Part shown: positions 47,071 to 57,791 of the stretch, one piece after another
Numbering within the stretch: position 1 is the first letter of the stretch
Layout: every line of letters starts with the position of its first letter
NCBI GenBank assembly: GCA_965277715.1
Contig: OZ255836.1
Coordinates: 576,001 to 640,000 of the forward strand
DNA from: Gammaproteobacteria bacterium
Lineage (GTDB): Bacteria > Pseudomonadota > Gammaproteobacteria > JBCCGL01
Direction of reading: 5' to 3'
DNA: 64,000 nucleotides
Made by a program: the position numbers and the translations under genes
The notes under the pieces: generated by a model
What the model saw: the letters and a program-made list of their open reading frames with translations, nothing else
Told to the model about the DNA's origin: nothing
Database searches by the model: none

Positions 47071-48506
47071 AGCTCAGCACCTAATCGCAATACCTCATCA
47101 ACCAATTGATCCGCCTGGACAAATTCAGTACGGGCGCCGATAAAACACGGGCGAATAACCAGTTTGCCATCAAGCAGGGTCGTGCTGGGCATGTTCTCAC
47201 CCGCACGAATCAACGCGCGGTGAATGCGCGTATTATGTGCATTTAAATCGCTGATAGCCTCATCGATATAGCGAAAGCAACAAATCGAGAGCGTTGGCTC
47301 CATCACCAGTTCCAGGTTGGGGTGTGCTTTGGCGCGCTCAGCGACATGCCGCGCCATATCGTTGTGGCGGCAGATACGGGCGCGCATACCCTCGCGACCA
47401 ATCTCGCGCAACAACCCCCACACGGTGATGCCACGGGGGGGTGCAGATAACTCCACACCATAATCACTGTATCGGTGGCCGGGGTTGTCGAGCGAGTGTT
47501 CGGCCTTGTCAAAATCGAAGGCGGTATCCAGGTAGGCCGCTGGTTCCTGGGTAAATGCCCGTTCTAAAATACTGCGGTCACGGACAAAGGTCGCGGCAAT
47601 GCCAGTGGCGGCACCCAGCCATTTATGGGGGTCGACGATGGCTGAATCGGCCAGCTCCAGACCGGCGTAGAGAGGGGCCACACGTTCATCGAGAATGCCG
47701 GGCAGGCCGTAGGCACCATCGACGTGAAACCAGATATTGTTGGCCGCCGCGATTTCACCCAGCGATTGTAAATCGTCGATTGAACCGGCGTTTGTTGTGC
47801 CCGCGTTAGCGATTACAGCGATGGGTATTTTGCCCGCCTGTAGATCGCATTCAATGGCTTTTTGCAACGCTTCTGGGCGCATACAGCCACGCGCATCGCA
47901 GTCGACGCCCAATACGGCATTCCTGCCCAAACCCAATACACCGGCGGCACGTTTGATCGTCTGGTGCGTGTGTGCCGAGGCGTAGAGTGCCACCGGCCCA
48001 TAAACACCATCGGCTGCCGGGTCGTGGCCGCGCAATTCGAAGGCGTGCTGACGCGCTGCACCAATAGCCAGCAGATTGGCGACTGAACCACCACTGCTAT
48101 AAACACCGCGCATGTGCTCAGCGAGGCCACAGAGTGTCGCCAGCCAGTGCAGCGATTGTTCCTCTAAAAAATTGCAGGGGGTCAATCCAAAACGCTGTGG
48201 GTTGGTAACGGTGGCCGCGAGTGAGGTCAAGGTGGCAATGGTTGCTGCACCGGTGGTGACAAAGCTGGTAAACCCCGGTTTGCACACTTGCGAACCATTA
48301 GGGATTAGCTGTTCACACAACTCGTTCACGGTGGCGTCGATACCCACGCCTTTTTCAGGCAGGGGGATGTTGAATACAGGGTGCCACTGTGTGTGATTTT
48401 GCATAGCGTCTGCGTGCTCAAATCGCAGATACTGCGTCAGTGCTGCGCCAACTTTGGTCAGAAGTGGCGCGATATTGCCTGTTTCGGCGTGTTCGCCTTT
48501 TTGCAT
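47067..48506 (-). CDS. Group II PLP-dependent amino-acid decarboxylase
   Basis: SGGSVANL, AGTTNAGSID, WFHVDGAYG, DPHKW. Confidence 0.92.
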   Translation of the reverse strand: MQKGEHAETGNIAPLLTKVGAALTQYLRFEHADAMQNHTQWHPVFNIPLPEKGVGIDATVNELCEQLIPNGSQVCKPGFTSFVTTGAATIATLTSLAATVTNPQRFGLTPCNFLEEQSLHWLATLCGLAEHMRGVYSSGGSVANLLAIGAARQHAFELRGHDPAADGVYGPVALYASAHTHQTIKRAAGVLGLGRNAVLGVDCDARGCMRPEALQKAIECDLQAGKIPIAVIANAGTTNAGSIDDLQSLGEIAAANNIWFHVDGAYGLPGILDERVAPLYAGLELADSAIVDPHKWLGAATGIAATFVRDRSILERAFTQEPAAYLDTAFDFDKAEHSLDNPGHRYSDYGVELSAPPRGITVWGLLREIGREGMRARICRHNDMARHVAERAKAHPNLELVMEPTLSICCFRYIDEAISDLNAHNTRIHRALIRAGENMPSTTLLDGKLVIRPCFIGARTEFVQADQLVDEVLRLGAEL

Positions 48507-48943
48507 TATTGCTCTTCCCCGTGTCGCTGTTGGCTGGCTTGCCTGCTGCGTTCAGCGGGGACAAACAGTTGTTCGATCAGGTAGGTTTTAAAATCGTCGG
48601 CGTAAGGCTGTTCATCCAGTGCTTTTTGCATGCACAGCAGCCAGGCGTCGCGCTCTTCTACACCAATCCTGAATTGCGAATGAAACACAGGGATACGAAT
48701 GGAGCCGTATTTTTCCTGGTATAGCATCGGGCCGCCCATCCAGCCACAGAGGAATAAGCTGAGCTTTTCACGCGGCAGTGTGAGATCTTTTGGGTGCATA
48801 CGGCGAATTGTTGCGGCCTGTGGCAGGGTGTCCATAAAACCGTAAAAATGATCGACCAACTGGCGGATGCCCGCCTCTCCACCAGCGGCGTTAAATGATG
48901 CCGGGCCATTGCCATAGTTGCTGCCAGGTTTGGTGATTTGCAT
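48506..48943 (-). CDS. Group II truncated haemoglobin
   Basis: GGEAGIRQLVDHFY, FLCGWMGGP, ERDAWLLCM. Confidence 0.9.
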   Translation of the reverse strand: MQITKPGSNYGNGPASFNAAGGEAGIRQLVDHFYGFMDTLPQAATIRRMHPKDLTLPREKLSLFLCGWMGGPMLYQEKYGSIRIPVFHSQFRIGVEERDAWLLCMQKALDEQPYADDFKTYLIEQLFVPAERSRQASQQRHGEEQ

Positions 48944-49087
48944 AGCGGTTATTGCTCGTTGTTTCAGTATAAATTCAACTGATTATTAAGGCGGGTGAAA
49001 GTGCGCTAGGGGTGATTAAAATACAGTGGGTAAAACCATACCGTGAACACATTTTTTCGGCAATCTTAAACGCGTTAAAAACCCCCA

Positions 49088-49237
49088 TTAACTCAGCCGC
49101 TCTTCCAGTGCACGCATCTGCTGACTGATCGCCGCTTGTGTCAGGTTCAATACCTGCGCGGCGCGGGTGAAACTAAGCAGGCGTGCCGCCGCTTCATAGG
49201 TCACCAGGGGTTCCAGTGGTGGTAGTTGGCTTTTTAG
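49088..49237 (-). pseudogene. LysR (GcvA-like) HTH remnant
   Basis: LPPLEPLVTYEAAARLLSFTRAAQVLNLTQAAISQQMRALEERLS*; no in-frame ATG and no substrate-binding domain. Confidence 0.85.
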
Positions 49238-49299
49238 TGGTATTAGAATTATTTATCGATTGCCACGAATGTAGCATTACAGTAGCTTATGTGAATATA

Positions 49300-49478
49300 A
49301 ACCTAAATTCCGCAGTTGGATCGTAGCGAGGGCGTCTAAGGTGCTGAAGATGAAGTGTTTTTACCAGCATTTTAGCCATCCTGTAGTGATTCTACAGGTG
49401 AAGCTGAAATGCTGGTAAAAACGCTTTAGATTCAGTGCATTAGGTGGTCGCAGTAGATTCAACTGAGGAATTTAGGGT
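49300..49478. mobile_element. MITE (~179 bp, non-coding, palindromic)
   Basis: Terminal inverted repeats AACCTAAATTCCGCAGTTG / CAACTGAGGAATTTAGGGT and internal nested inverted repeats (TTTTACCAGCATTT..AAATGCTGGTAAAA; CCTGTAG..CTACAGG). Confidence 0.78.
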
Positions 49479-49509
49479 AAATAATGCACCACGATGGGGA
49501 GACAATTTA

Positions 49510-50649
49510 ATGCATAAAAGCGTCCTTACATTTCAACCGGACGACTCACCCTTTACCCAAGGCCCTAATGAATCGTTTACCCTGCCTGCCCGTTACTACT
49601 ACGACAAAACGATTTACGAGGCGGAGAAGAGCGCTATTTTTTACCGTAGCTGGTGGTATGCCGGGCATAAGAGCCAGTTGCTGGAGGCGGGCAGTTATCT
49701 AACGGTAAAAATACACCAACAGAACGTCTTTGTGGTGCGTGATAAAGCGGGTGAATTGCGCGGGTTTTACAATGTGTGCCAGCACCGTGGCCATGAGCTG
49801 CTCAACGGCACCGGGAAGGCCACTCATATCGTCTGCCCATACCATGCCTGGACGTATGGTTTTGATGGCGAGCTGATTGCTGCGCGCAATAGCCAGCAGG
49901 TGAAGGGGTTTAATAAATGTGATTTCTCACTGAAGCCGGTTCGTGTCGAGCAGTTTTGTGGGTTGGTGTTTGTGAATCTGGATGCAGATGCAGTATCACT
50001 CAAACAACAATCGGGCAATCTTGAAGACGAGATTCGCCACTATTGCCCACGTGTCGATGAAATGGTGTTCGCGCAGCGCGATACCTATGATGTGGCGTGC
50101 AACTGGAAAACCATTGTCGATAATTTTCTGGAGTGTTACCACTGTCACGTAGCGCACAAGGACTTTGTCGATTTGGTCGACATGAACAGCTACCGAACCA
50201 AAACGCACGGCATTTATTCCGGCCAGATTTCCAGTGCGGTGCGCTCGGCAGATAACGCGGCGTTTACGGTTAAAAAAGGCGATGTCGATTTTGGTTATGC
50301 GGGCTGGTATCTGTGGCCCAATCTGACGATTTGGGCCTACCCTGGTGAGGCAAATTTATCCGTGTTGCAAATGACGCCCGCAGGCACTGAGCGCACCATT
50401 GAATTTCAGGATTGGTTCTTGCCCGGCACAACACCGAGCGAGCAGCAAAAAGCGGCGATGGACTACCAAAAAGAGGTACTACAACCTGAAGATATAGGGC
50501 TGTGCGAAAGTGTACAGCGGGGGCTGAGGTCTAACGGTTATAACCAGGGGCGGTTTATGGTCGATGAGGCGATGAGCGAACTGTCTGAGCACGCGGTACA
50601 CCATTTTCAGCGTTTGGTCATGCAGGCGATGGGCGTGGCAATGACGTGA
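49510..50649 (+). CDS. Rieske non-heme iron oxygenase alpha subunit (choline/carnitine monooxygenase-like)
   Basis: CQHRG..CPYHAW Rieske motif; NWKTIVDNFLECYHCHVAH; EDIGLCESVQRG. Confidence 0.92.
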   Translation: MHKSVLTFQPDDSPFTQGPNESFTLPARYYYDKTIYEAEKSAIFYRSWWYAGHKSQLLEAGSYLTVKIHQQNVFVVRDKAGELRGFYNVCQHRGHELLNGTGKATHIVCPYHAWTYGFDGELIAARNSQQVKGFNKCDFSLKPVRVEQFCGLVFVNLDADAVSLKQQSGNLEDEIRHYCPRVDEMVFAQRDTYDVACNWKTIVDNFLECYHCHVAHKDFVDLVDMNSYRTKTHGIYSGQISSAVRSADNAAFTVKKGDVDFGYAGWYLWPNLTIWAYPGEANLSVLQMTPAGTERTIEFQDWFLPGTTPSEQQKAAMDYQKEVLQPEDIGLCESVQRGLRSNGYNQGRFMVDEAMSELSEHAVHHFQRLVMQAMGVAMT

Positions 50650-50676
50650 TGGGCGCTCTGAAACCACCTCGTAGGC

Positions 50677-51426
50677 TTACTGTTTAATCGACGTTAAACT
50701 TAACCGCGCCACCAATGCCCCTTTCTTAAACTGCTCGATCTTTACCGGCACAAACCCCAGCGCCTTTGCATACCATATATGCACTTCACGGTTGCTGTTG
50801 CCGGTTCTGCGGACCACATGCCGGGCGGCGTAACGCCCCATGGGGGTTTCCACTGTTTCTGTGGTGGCAAATTTAAACTGTGTTATAGCCACCTTACCCC
50901 GGTTGAACAGAGACAGTTCAAGTGATGCGGGGTCGCTATTGGCCAATAGCTGCATGATATGAAACAGGCTCGATAATGGATCGTACACAGGCGGCGTACT
51001 GTTGAGCACGGTCTCGCTCTTATCGTCATTAGTGAGGGTGATTTGCCCTGTCGCGGGCCTGAATTTAGCGTTTTGATTGCGCCCCGGTTTTGCCTTTTGT
51101 TGAAAAAATGTGTAGTGCAGTGTTGTGAGCTGCGCCGCCTGATCTGAACCTGGCTGGCCCACTGCAAACAAGCTGGTTTCATGGGCATTGCCCCGGCTTA
51201 GCAGGCTGTATAACCCCGTGGGTTCCGTTGTCAATGCGGCCAGCCAATAGGCTTTTTTCCTGCTTAGTGACAAGCTGGCGTTGCCAACCGACTGTTGCCC
51301 GGTCGATACGGTGTAGTGCGCTTCAAAAGGGGTCAGAGTTGTTGCGTATGCCGGGCTGAATACGCCAGATAAACAACAAATCGACAGCAGGCATGTCAGC
51401 GGTAAGGGGTTAATTTTCATCTTCAT
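50677..51426 (-). CDS. DUF3108-like exported protein
   Basis: Signal peptide, YDPLS, ETVETPMG, IWYAKALGFVPVKIEQ; usual position after purN. Confidence 0.75.
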   Translation of the reverse strand: MKMKINPLPLTCLLSICCLSGVFSPAYATTLTPFEAHYTVSTGQQSVGNASLSLSRKKAYWLAALTTEPTGLYSLLSRGNAHETSLFAVGQPGSDQAAQLTTLHYTFFQQKAKPGRNQNAKFRPATGQITLTNDDKSETVLNSTPPVYDPLSSLFHIMQLLANSDPASLELSLFNRGKVAITQFKFATTETVETPMGRYAARHVVRRTGNSNREVHIWYAKALGFVPVKIEQFKKGALVARLSLTSIKQ

Positions 51427-52066
51427 TCAGACCGAGTGGATTGTGAATTGGTTCATCGTCGAGCCAGGCAAGCGTACCATCGCTGCGTAAACGCCCGGCG
51501 GTAAACCAACCGATAACTTTGGGGTAAATTCGGTGCTCTGCCTGCAACACACGGGTGGCCAGTGATTCAGCCGTATCGTTTGGTTCAATGTTTACGGCTG
51601 CCTGTATTATCAAAGGGCCACTATCTAATTGGGGGGTGACAAAATGAACCGTTGCGCCGTGTTGTGAAAAACCCTGATCGAGGGCACGCTGATGGGTGTC
51701 GAGCCCAGGGAGTGCAGGCAGCAGTGATGGGTGGATATTGATAATGCGCCCTGTGTAGTGTTGAACAAAACCGGCTGTCAATCGGCGCATAAATCCGGCT
51801 AACACCAACAAATCGGGGGTGTGCTGGTCGATGCATTCTCTCAGGGCGGCATCAAACGTTTCGCGGGTTTCGAAGTGGCTATTATCCAGCGTATATGTGG
51901 GAATGCCGGATCTTGCGGCGCGCTGTAAACCGTAAGCATCTGCCCGGTTGCTGATAACGGCTACAATAGTGGCATCGATTGCCGGTGTACTACAGTGATC
52001 GATGATCGACTGAAGATTGGAGCCGCCACCGGATATCAAGACAACAATGCGCGGTGGTTGGTTCAT
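51410..52066 (-). CDS. purN: Phosphoribosylglycinamide formyltransferase
   Basis: [33 protein letters not shown]. Confidence 0.97.
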   Translation of the reverse strand: MNQPPRIVVLISGGGSNLQSIIDHCSTPAIDATIVAVISNRADAYGLQRAARSGIPTYTLDNSHFETRETFDAALRECIDQHTPDLLVLAGFMRRLTAGFVQHYTGRIINIHPSLLPALPGLDTHQRALDQGFSQHGATVHFVTPQLDSGPLIIQAAVNIEPNDTAESLATRVLQAEHRIYPKVIGWFTAGRLRSDGTLAWLDDEPIHNPLGLNEDEN

Positions 52067-53136
52067 CTGGAGATTATCGAGACACTGGGTGCGCTGTCAG
52101 CGTGTTCGGCCCGCTCGATAGTGCCGATGCGATAAGCTGTTTCGCCGCTGGCATTTAACCGCTCGATTGCCTGCCCTGCATCGCAGTCCGGGACGACGAT
52201 AACCATGCCAATACCACAATTGAGTGTGCGCAACATTTCGGTTTCGGCGATATTCCCCTGCACTTGTAGCCAGTCAAATAATTCACCACGCGGCCAGCTA
52301 CGCTGATCGATAACGGCCACACGCCCACGGGGCAGAGCGCGAGGCACATTTTCCAGAATACCACCGCCGGTAATATGCGCCAGTGCCCGTACAGTTACCG
52401 AACGCATTAGCGCCTGGAGCGGTTTGACGTAAATACGCGTCGGGGTGAGCAATGCCTCGCCGAGCGGGCGGTTATCGGTGGCGCCTGTAAAGGGCTTGTC
52501 GAGTGGGTGGTCGCCGGTGTCGAGTATTTTACGAATCAGCGAATAGCCATTGGAATGTGGGCCGCTCGATGCCAGGCCAATCAGGGTGTCGCCCACCGCA
52601 ATATCGCTACCATCGATAATCGCCTTTTTTTCGACAATGCCGACAGCAAACCCGGCCAGATCGTAATCACCCGCATTGTACATGCCCGGCATTTCAGCGG
52701 TTTCACCGCCAATCAGTGCCATCCCGGCCTGTCGGCAACCCTCGGCAATGCCCTCAATGACACCGCTGGCGGTATCGACATCCAGGGCACTGGTGGCATA
52801 GTAATCGAGGAAATACAGCGGCTCTGCGCCGGTGACGACAATATCATTGGCACACATCGCGACCAGATCAATGCCGATAGTATCGTGTTGGTCCAACATC
52901 ATCGCCAGTTTGAGCTTAGTGCCGACACCGTCGGTGCCGGATACTAACACCGGATTCTGGTAACCACTGGGGAGCTCGAACAAACCACCGAAACCACCGA
53001 TGCTGCCGAGAACCCCCGTTCGCAATGTGCTTCTAACACTGGGCTTTATACGCTCGACCAGTGCATTGCCCGCATCTATATCGACACCGGCATCGCGATA
53101 ACTAATGCCACTGGTGGGTGGGCTTGAGTCACTCAT
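52063..53136 (-). CDS. purM: AIR synthase
   Basis: [39 protein letters not shown]. Confidence 0.98.
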   Translation of the reverse strand: MSDSSPPTSGISYRDAGVDIDAGNALVERIKPSVRSTLRTGVLGSIGGFGGLFELPSGYQNPVLVSGTDGVGTKLKLAMMLDQHDTIGIDLVAMCANDIVVTGAEPLYFLDYYATSALDVDTASGVIEGIAEGCRQAGMALIGGETAEMPGMYNAGDYDLAGFAVGIVEKKAIIDGSDIAVGDTLIGLASSGPHSNGYSLIRKILDTGDHPLDKPFTGATDNRPLGEALLTPTRIYVKPLQALMRSVTVRALAHITGGGILENVPRALPRGRVAVIDQRSWPRGELFDWLQVQGNIAETEMLRTLNCGIGMVIVVPDCDAGQAIERLNASGETAYRIGTIERAEHADSAPSVSIISR

Positions 53137-53236
53137 GGGGCTTCCTGTTTCTATGCAGCGGCCTATACGGCTGCAAGGCTACGAAAAAAGCTGTTATTGT
53201 ACACCTCCTGTGTTCTGGACTGATTTGATTTCACCC

Positions 53237-54346
53237 ATGTATTTATCATCTTTCATAATGCGCCGCTGTTTAGCGCTATCGGTATTGGTTTCAGCTACCG
53301 TATTGTGCTCGCCGGTGTTGCATTGCGCTACTGTCAACGGCCTTTACAGCGCAGATGTCGCTGTGGCCGGGCAGGGTGCTGAAGAGCGACAGCAAGGCTT
53401 TCGCCTGGCCCTGGAAGCCGTGTTGATTAAATTGACCGGCAACATGACCGTTGCGGCAGGCGATAAGCTGAATGACCTGCTAGGCAAATCGCGCACCTAT
53501 GTAGCGCAATACCGCTACCGGGTGTGGGACGCAGATGCACTGCTGTTGTCGACAACAACCGCCGAACCAACCCATATCCTTGAAGTCAGTTTTTCACCTG
53601 ACAGCCTTGACCGCGCACTAAACGGGCAAGGGTTAGCGCTATGGGGCGCTGATCGACCGGAGACATTATTGTGGCTGGCCGTGCAGGCAACGAATAACCA
53701 CTACATTCTCGGCAGTGATGGCTCACCGCAAATACTTGAGTCGTTGCTGGGATCGGCACAAAAGCGGGGTTTACCTGTGCTGTTGCCGTTGATGGACCTG
53801 CAGGATCAGAGCGCCGTCGACTTCGCCGATGTAAAGGGAGGGTTTAGCGGGCGCGTGCAGCAGGCATCGGAACGCTATGGCGTCGATGCCATCCTCACCG
53901 GCAGTGTGCGGCAAACGGCATCGGCCTGGGTTTCAGACTGGGTATTGCAACACGCCGGGCACACATATAACTGGCAGTCCACGGGTGAAAACATTGAGCG
54001 CGTGATTGACAGCAACATGGAGCACCTGGCCAGGCAACTGGTGGCAGCGTTTTCTGCCGATGCCAACCCCTCGCAGGTTTCGGTTATCCGTCTCCGTGTC
54101 GATCGTATTGATTCGCTGGACGATTACGCGCAGTTACTCAATTATCTCAATGGGCTGGCCGCCGTTGAGAAAGCCAGCCTTGACGGGGTAACGGCGACCA
54201 CCAACGATTTTCGGTTGATAGTACCCGGCGGTATCGACAGCCTGCGTAACGCGATTGCGCTCGATGTTCTGCTGCAGGCATCTGACAGCGGTCAGAGTGA
54301 CCTCGCGGGTGATGAACCGCTGCTGTATTATGAGTGGGTGCAATAG
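53237..54346 (+). CDS. DUF2066 domain exported protein
   Basis: Divergent from purM; LYSADVAV, VLIKLTG, WGADRP..LLWLAV, RGLPVLLPLMDLQD; start 53237 or 53258. Confidence 0.85.
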   Translation: MYLSSFIMRRCLALSVLVSATVLCSPVLHCATVNGLYSADVAVAGQGAEERQQGFRLALEAVLIKLTGNMTVAAGDKLNDLLGKSRTYVAQYRYRVWDADALLLSTTTAEPTHILEVSFSPDSLDRALNGQGLALWGADRPETLLWLAVQATNNHYILGSDGSPQILESLLGSAQKRGLPVLLPLMDLQDQSAVDFADVKGGFSGRVQQASERYGVDAILTGSVRQTASAWVSDWVLQHAGHTYNWQSTGENIERVIDSNMEHLARQLVAAFSADANPSQVSVIRLRVDRIDSLDDYAQLLNYLNGLAAVEKASLDGVTATTNDFRLIVPGGIDSLRNAIALDVLLQASDSGQSDLAGDEPLLYYEWVQ

Positions 54347-54361
54347 CCGCTGGCTGCCAGC

Positions 54362-55069
54362 TTGCGTACCATCAACCCACAATTGCCGTTAGTCGGTATC
54401 TCGCCGCGCATCGGCGAGCGGTTTAACAGCTTCTTCATCGGTGAAAACCACTTATTGGTAAGCCTGGCACGGGATATGGCTGAGCGGGGGAGCGAACAAC
54501 AACTGGGTATTTGGGGGGCGGCAGGTGTCGGTAAATCGCATTTGCTCAACGCTGTGTGCCATGCGGCCAGTGACTGTTCGCGCACCGCCACCTACCTGCC
54601 ATTAAGCGATTTGATCGATCGGGCGCCAGCGTTGTTGCAGGGGCTGGAAGGTGTCGATGTAATCGCCATCGATGACCTGGAGCGCTTACACGCCCGGCCT
54701 GAATGGCAGCGTGAATTGTTTAACCTGATTAACCGGGTTCGCCAGCAGGGCACCAGCGTTATTACTGCCTCGCAAAGCAACCCCGCCGCACTCGACTTAT
54801 TACCTGATCTGGTCTCGCGTCTGGTATGGGGGCCGGTTATGCGTTTGCAAAGCCCCAGCGGTGACACACTTGCCGATGCCCTACTGGCCAGGGCTGAATC
54901 ATTGGGGCTGACAATGCCTGTTGAAGTGGTGAACTACCTGTTGTCCCATTATTCCCGCGAACTGGGCCGGTTATTTACAGTGCTGGATGACCTCAATCGC
55001 GCTTCACTGGTTGAACAGCGCAGGTTGACTGTGCCGTTTGTGCGGTCAGTGTTGAGGGGTAATCGGTAG
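54362..55069 (+). CDS. hda: DnaA regulatory inactivator Hda
   Basis: QLPL clamp-binding motif, WGAAGVGKSHLL, LPDLVSRL, RRLTVPFV. Confidence 0.93.
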   Translation: MRTINPQLPLVGISPRIGERFNSFFIGENHLLVSLARDMAERGSEQQLGIWGAAGVGKSHLLNAVCHAASDCSRTATYLPLSDLIDRAPALLQGLEGVDVIAIDDLERLHARPEWQRELFNLINRVRQQGTSVITASQSNPAALDLLPDLVSRLVWGPVMRLQSPSGDTLADALLARAESLGLTMPVEVVNYLLSHYSRELGRLFTVLDDLNRASLVEQRRLTVPFVRSVLRGNR

Positions 55070-55527
55070 CGTTGATGTGTTTTATTGTATGTCGTTACGC
55101 ACTATTTTCCGGTGAGCGAATCGCATCGATCTGAACGATTCGTCAATCAGCGGCCTGTTGTCAGAATGCCGCCTGAAAAGGTCTGCGTTAATCCGGTGCG
55201 CGATGAGCCAGGTCATATTGACCACGATGCCTCTGTCAACTTCTGCAAGGTTGGCAGGCTTACTCAGTTACTCAATTAAATTACCTTCTGCATCATAAAA
55301 AGGATAGGGGCCTTCGTATTCACCAATAAAACTAAGATGCCCTACCAGGTGCGTACCGTTCCAATGTAGAAGCTTGATGGCTCTCGGTTCAAGCCTGAAA
55401 GCGGAAGGGCCAGAGGGGTTGATATCAAGCGCTATCGAATGACAGGGGCTGGGATCAAATCATCAAAAAGAAAATAAGCGTACTGATTGAAACCCGAAAG
55501 CTGCGCTTTCTACTGCCAGATGCCCGA

Positions 55528-56841
55528 TTAACCAATCGTATACACAAGCCCCGCTCCCAAAACAGAAGAAGCCGCTAATACCCGTGAAATTGACCAGCGC
55601 AGTTTGAAGATCATTACCGCGCAAAGTGTCGTCAGCACTATCACCCGTAGATCGATTGAGGTCAGATCGGGCTGCCACACGGTAAGCAGCCCGTATTGTT
55701 GTATCGATACAGATTTAAACACGACGTGCAGCGCAAACCAGATTGATAGGTTGAGTATGACACCCACCACCGCCGCTGATATAGCGGTAAGTGCACCCTT
55801 TAATCTGGGCCGGCTACAGATCCACTCGATATGGGGTGCACCTGCAAAGATCCACAGGAAGCAGGGCACAAACGTTGTCCATAGAGTGATGGCAGCGGCG
55901 GTAAGACCGAGCATTAAACCACCTTCCCGGTAGGCGGCGATAAAGCCGACAAATTCTGTTACTAGAATCAACGGCCCCGGTGTGGTTTCGGCAAGCCCTA
56001 ATCCATCCATCATTTCCCCGGTGGTTAACCAGCCATGCTCGCTCACCACCGCCTGCCCCATGTAGGCGAGTACTGCGTAGGCACCACCAAAGGTGACGAC
56101 TGCCAGGCGGGAGAAAAAAGTGCTTATTTCGAACAATATAGTTTGTGCGTAAAAGTAGTCGATAGCCACGAGCGGCAGTATCCAGATAGCCAGCCAGAGG
56201 GCGACTGTACTCGCCAACTGAGACCAGGATCGATTGGCTCGGTGGGTTTCGGTTTCTATATGGCTATCTACCGCCCCAGGTTTTAGAAAAAAACCAAACA
56301 TTGCCGCAGCCAACACAATCAGTGGGTAGGGTAATGACATAAAAAAGATACCGACGAATGCCATTGCCGCGATTACCCAGTAGGCCGCGCCTTTAAGTGC
56401 GCGCCTCGAAACACGCAGCAGTGCCTCAAGCACAATAATCAATACCGTGGCTTTGACGCCGAGAAACAGGGCATTGATCAGTGGCACATCACCCAACGTT
56501 ACATAGATGATAGCCAGGGTCAGCACGACTATTGCCCCTGGGAGAACAAACAGCAATCCGGCAAGCAGGCCGCCCAGCGTGCCATGCAAACGCCAGCCAG
56601 CGTAGGTGGCAAGCTGCATCGCCTCTGGCCCTGGCAGTAACATGCAGAAACTCAGGGCATTGAGAAATTTTTGTTCACTCAGCCAACGCTTGTGTTCGAC
56701 AAGCAATCGGTGCATTAAGGCTATTTGTGCCGCTGGGCCACCAAATGACAGGAACCCAATCTTTGCCCAAAGGTGCACCGCCTCGCGGAAGGTTGGCTTA
56801 CGGGCGCGCTCAGCACCCGCTTCTACGGTGGTATTGACCAT
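55528..56841 (-). CDS. chrA: Chromate efflux transporter
   Basis: SFGGPAAQI, LLPGPEA, TFGGAYAVL, ETTPGP. Confidence 0.95.
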   Translation of the reverse strand: MVNTTVEAGAERARKPTFREAVHLWAKIGFLSFGGPAAQIALMHRLLVEHKRWLSEQKFLNALSFCMLLPGPEAMQLATYAGWRLHGTLGGLLAGLLFVLPGAIVVLTLAIIYVTLGDVPLINALFLGVKATVLIIVLEALLRVSRRALKGAAYWVIAAMAFVGIFFMSLPYPLIVLAAAMFGFFLKPGAVDSHIETETHRANRSWSQLASTVALWLAIWILPLVAIDYFYAQTILFEISTFFSRLAVVTFGGAYAVLAYMGQAVVSEHGWLTTGEMMDGLGLAETTPGPLILVTEFVGFIAAYREGGLMLGLTAAAITLWTTFVPCFLWIFAGAPHIEWICSRPRLKGALTAISAAVVGVILNLSIWFALHVVFKSVSIQQYGLLTVWQPDLTSIDLRVIVLTTLCAVMIFKLRWSISRVLAASSVLGAGLVYTIG

Positions 56842-56858
56842 TGTTTAGCACCTCACCA

Positions 56859-57671
56859 CTACTTAGAGGGTGCAGGCCAGTCATGCCTCTCGCCTGTTGC
56901 ATCACGGCACCACCGGTAAAAGGCGTCATACAGCATCATGCTCGCATTGAGTTGGGTTAAGTCGTCCCGGTACATACGGGATAAACCCAGGGATGCGGCA
57001 AGCAGGCCCGCCGACTGAGGTGTCAGGTTATGCCGGTCTGTGTCTGCACCGCGTACCACGGCGGCAAGGCGTTGCAGTGGTTCAGTGTCGAGTCCAAATT
57101 CTTCAATCATAGTGTCAAACGTGCATTGATCCCCCCGGTGTGTCCAGAACACGCCTTCGACATCGAAGGGGGCTGCGTTGAATTTGTCTGCGACAGCCAG
57201 GACTTCAGCGGGTGCCACAAATAAAAATTGGGCGTTGGGATCGATGAAACGGCGAATCAGCCAGGGGCAGGCAATGCGGTCAATTTTTGGCCGGTGCCGG
57301 GTGACCCATACGGTGCGGTTGTGTGCATTGACCGGTGGTAGCTTTGCCTGGGGCACTAATGGCAGGCCAGCATCCCGCCAGCCAAAATGGCCACCTACCA
57401 GACTTTCTGTTTGAATGCCGTGATCCCTCAGTAGCGCGGCTGCGCCCTGGCTGATTTTTTTGCCTTTTTGGCAATACACCACCACAGATTTACCCGTCAG
57501 CGCGGGCGCTAATGCCTCGACATCGCGAAAAGGGTGTCGAAATGCGGTGGGGAGTAATTGTGGATCGTCGTCAAAATCCCCGTCGATACGGACATCGATA
57601 AGGGTGGGGGCGGTAGGGGTGCCGATAAGACGGGCGAGTTGAGAAACAGTAATGTCAGTGGGTGATGGCAA
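56859..57671 (-). CDS. chrB: Chromate resistance protein (rhodanese + ChrB C-terminal domain)
   Basis: WVTRHRPKIDRIACPWLIRRFID, CTFDT, YDAFYRW. Confidence 0.92.
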   Translation of the reverse strand: MPSPTDITVSQLARLIGTPTAPTLIDVRIDGDFDDDPQLLPTAFRHPFRDVEALAPALTGKSVVVYCQKGKKISQGAAALLRDHGIQTESLVGGHFGWRDAGLPLVPQAKLPPVNAHNRTVWVTRHRPKIDRIACPWLIRRFIDPNAQFLFVAPAEVLAVADKFNAAPFDVEGVFWTHRGDQCTFDTMIEEFGLDTEPLQRLAAVVRGADTDRHNLTPQSAGLLAASLGLSRMYRDDLTQLNASMMLYDAFYRWCRDATGERHDWPAPSK

Positions 57672-57712
57672 GATGCATCCTCCTTATTTAAGGTAAATAA
57701 AGGTTAATGTTG

Positions 57713-57765
57713 GATGCGAAACTTGAGCTGGCGCCTCACGGGGTGGTCGCAACCCCATGCGGTGA
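57713..57765 (-). ncRNA. Candidate chrB-associated cis-regulatory RNA
   Basis: Hairpin CAUGGGGU-ugcgacc-ACCCCGUG followed by AGGCGCCAGCUCAAGUUUCG in the chrB leader; chrB-a/chrB-b RNA motifs are known in this position, but the match was not computed. Confidence 0.45.
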
Positions 57766-57791
57766 ATAGTGCATCAGTCCTGTGTTGTCTG

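Noticed and set aside
55070-55527. Possible gene remnant between hda and chrA
   Set aside because: Only short interrupted frames with no recognisable family
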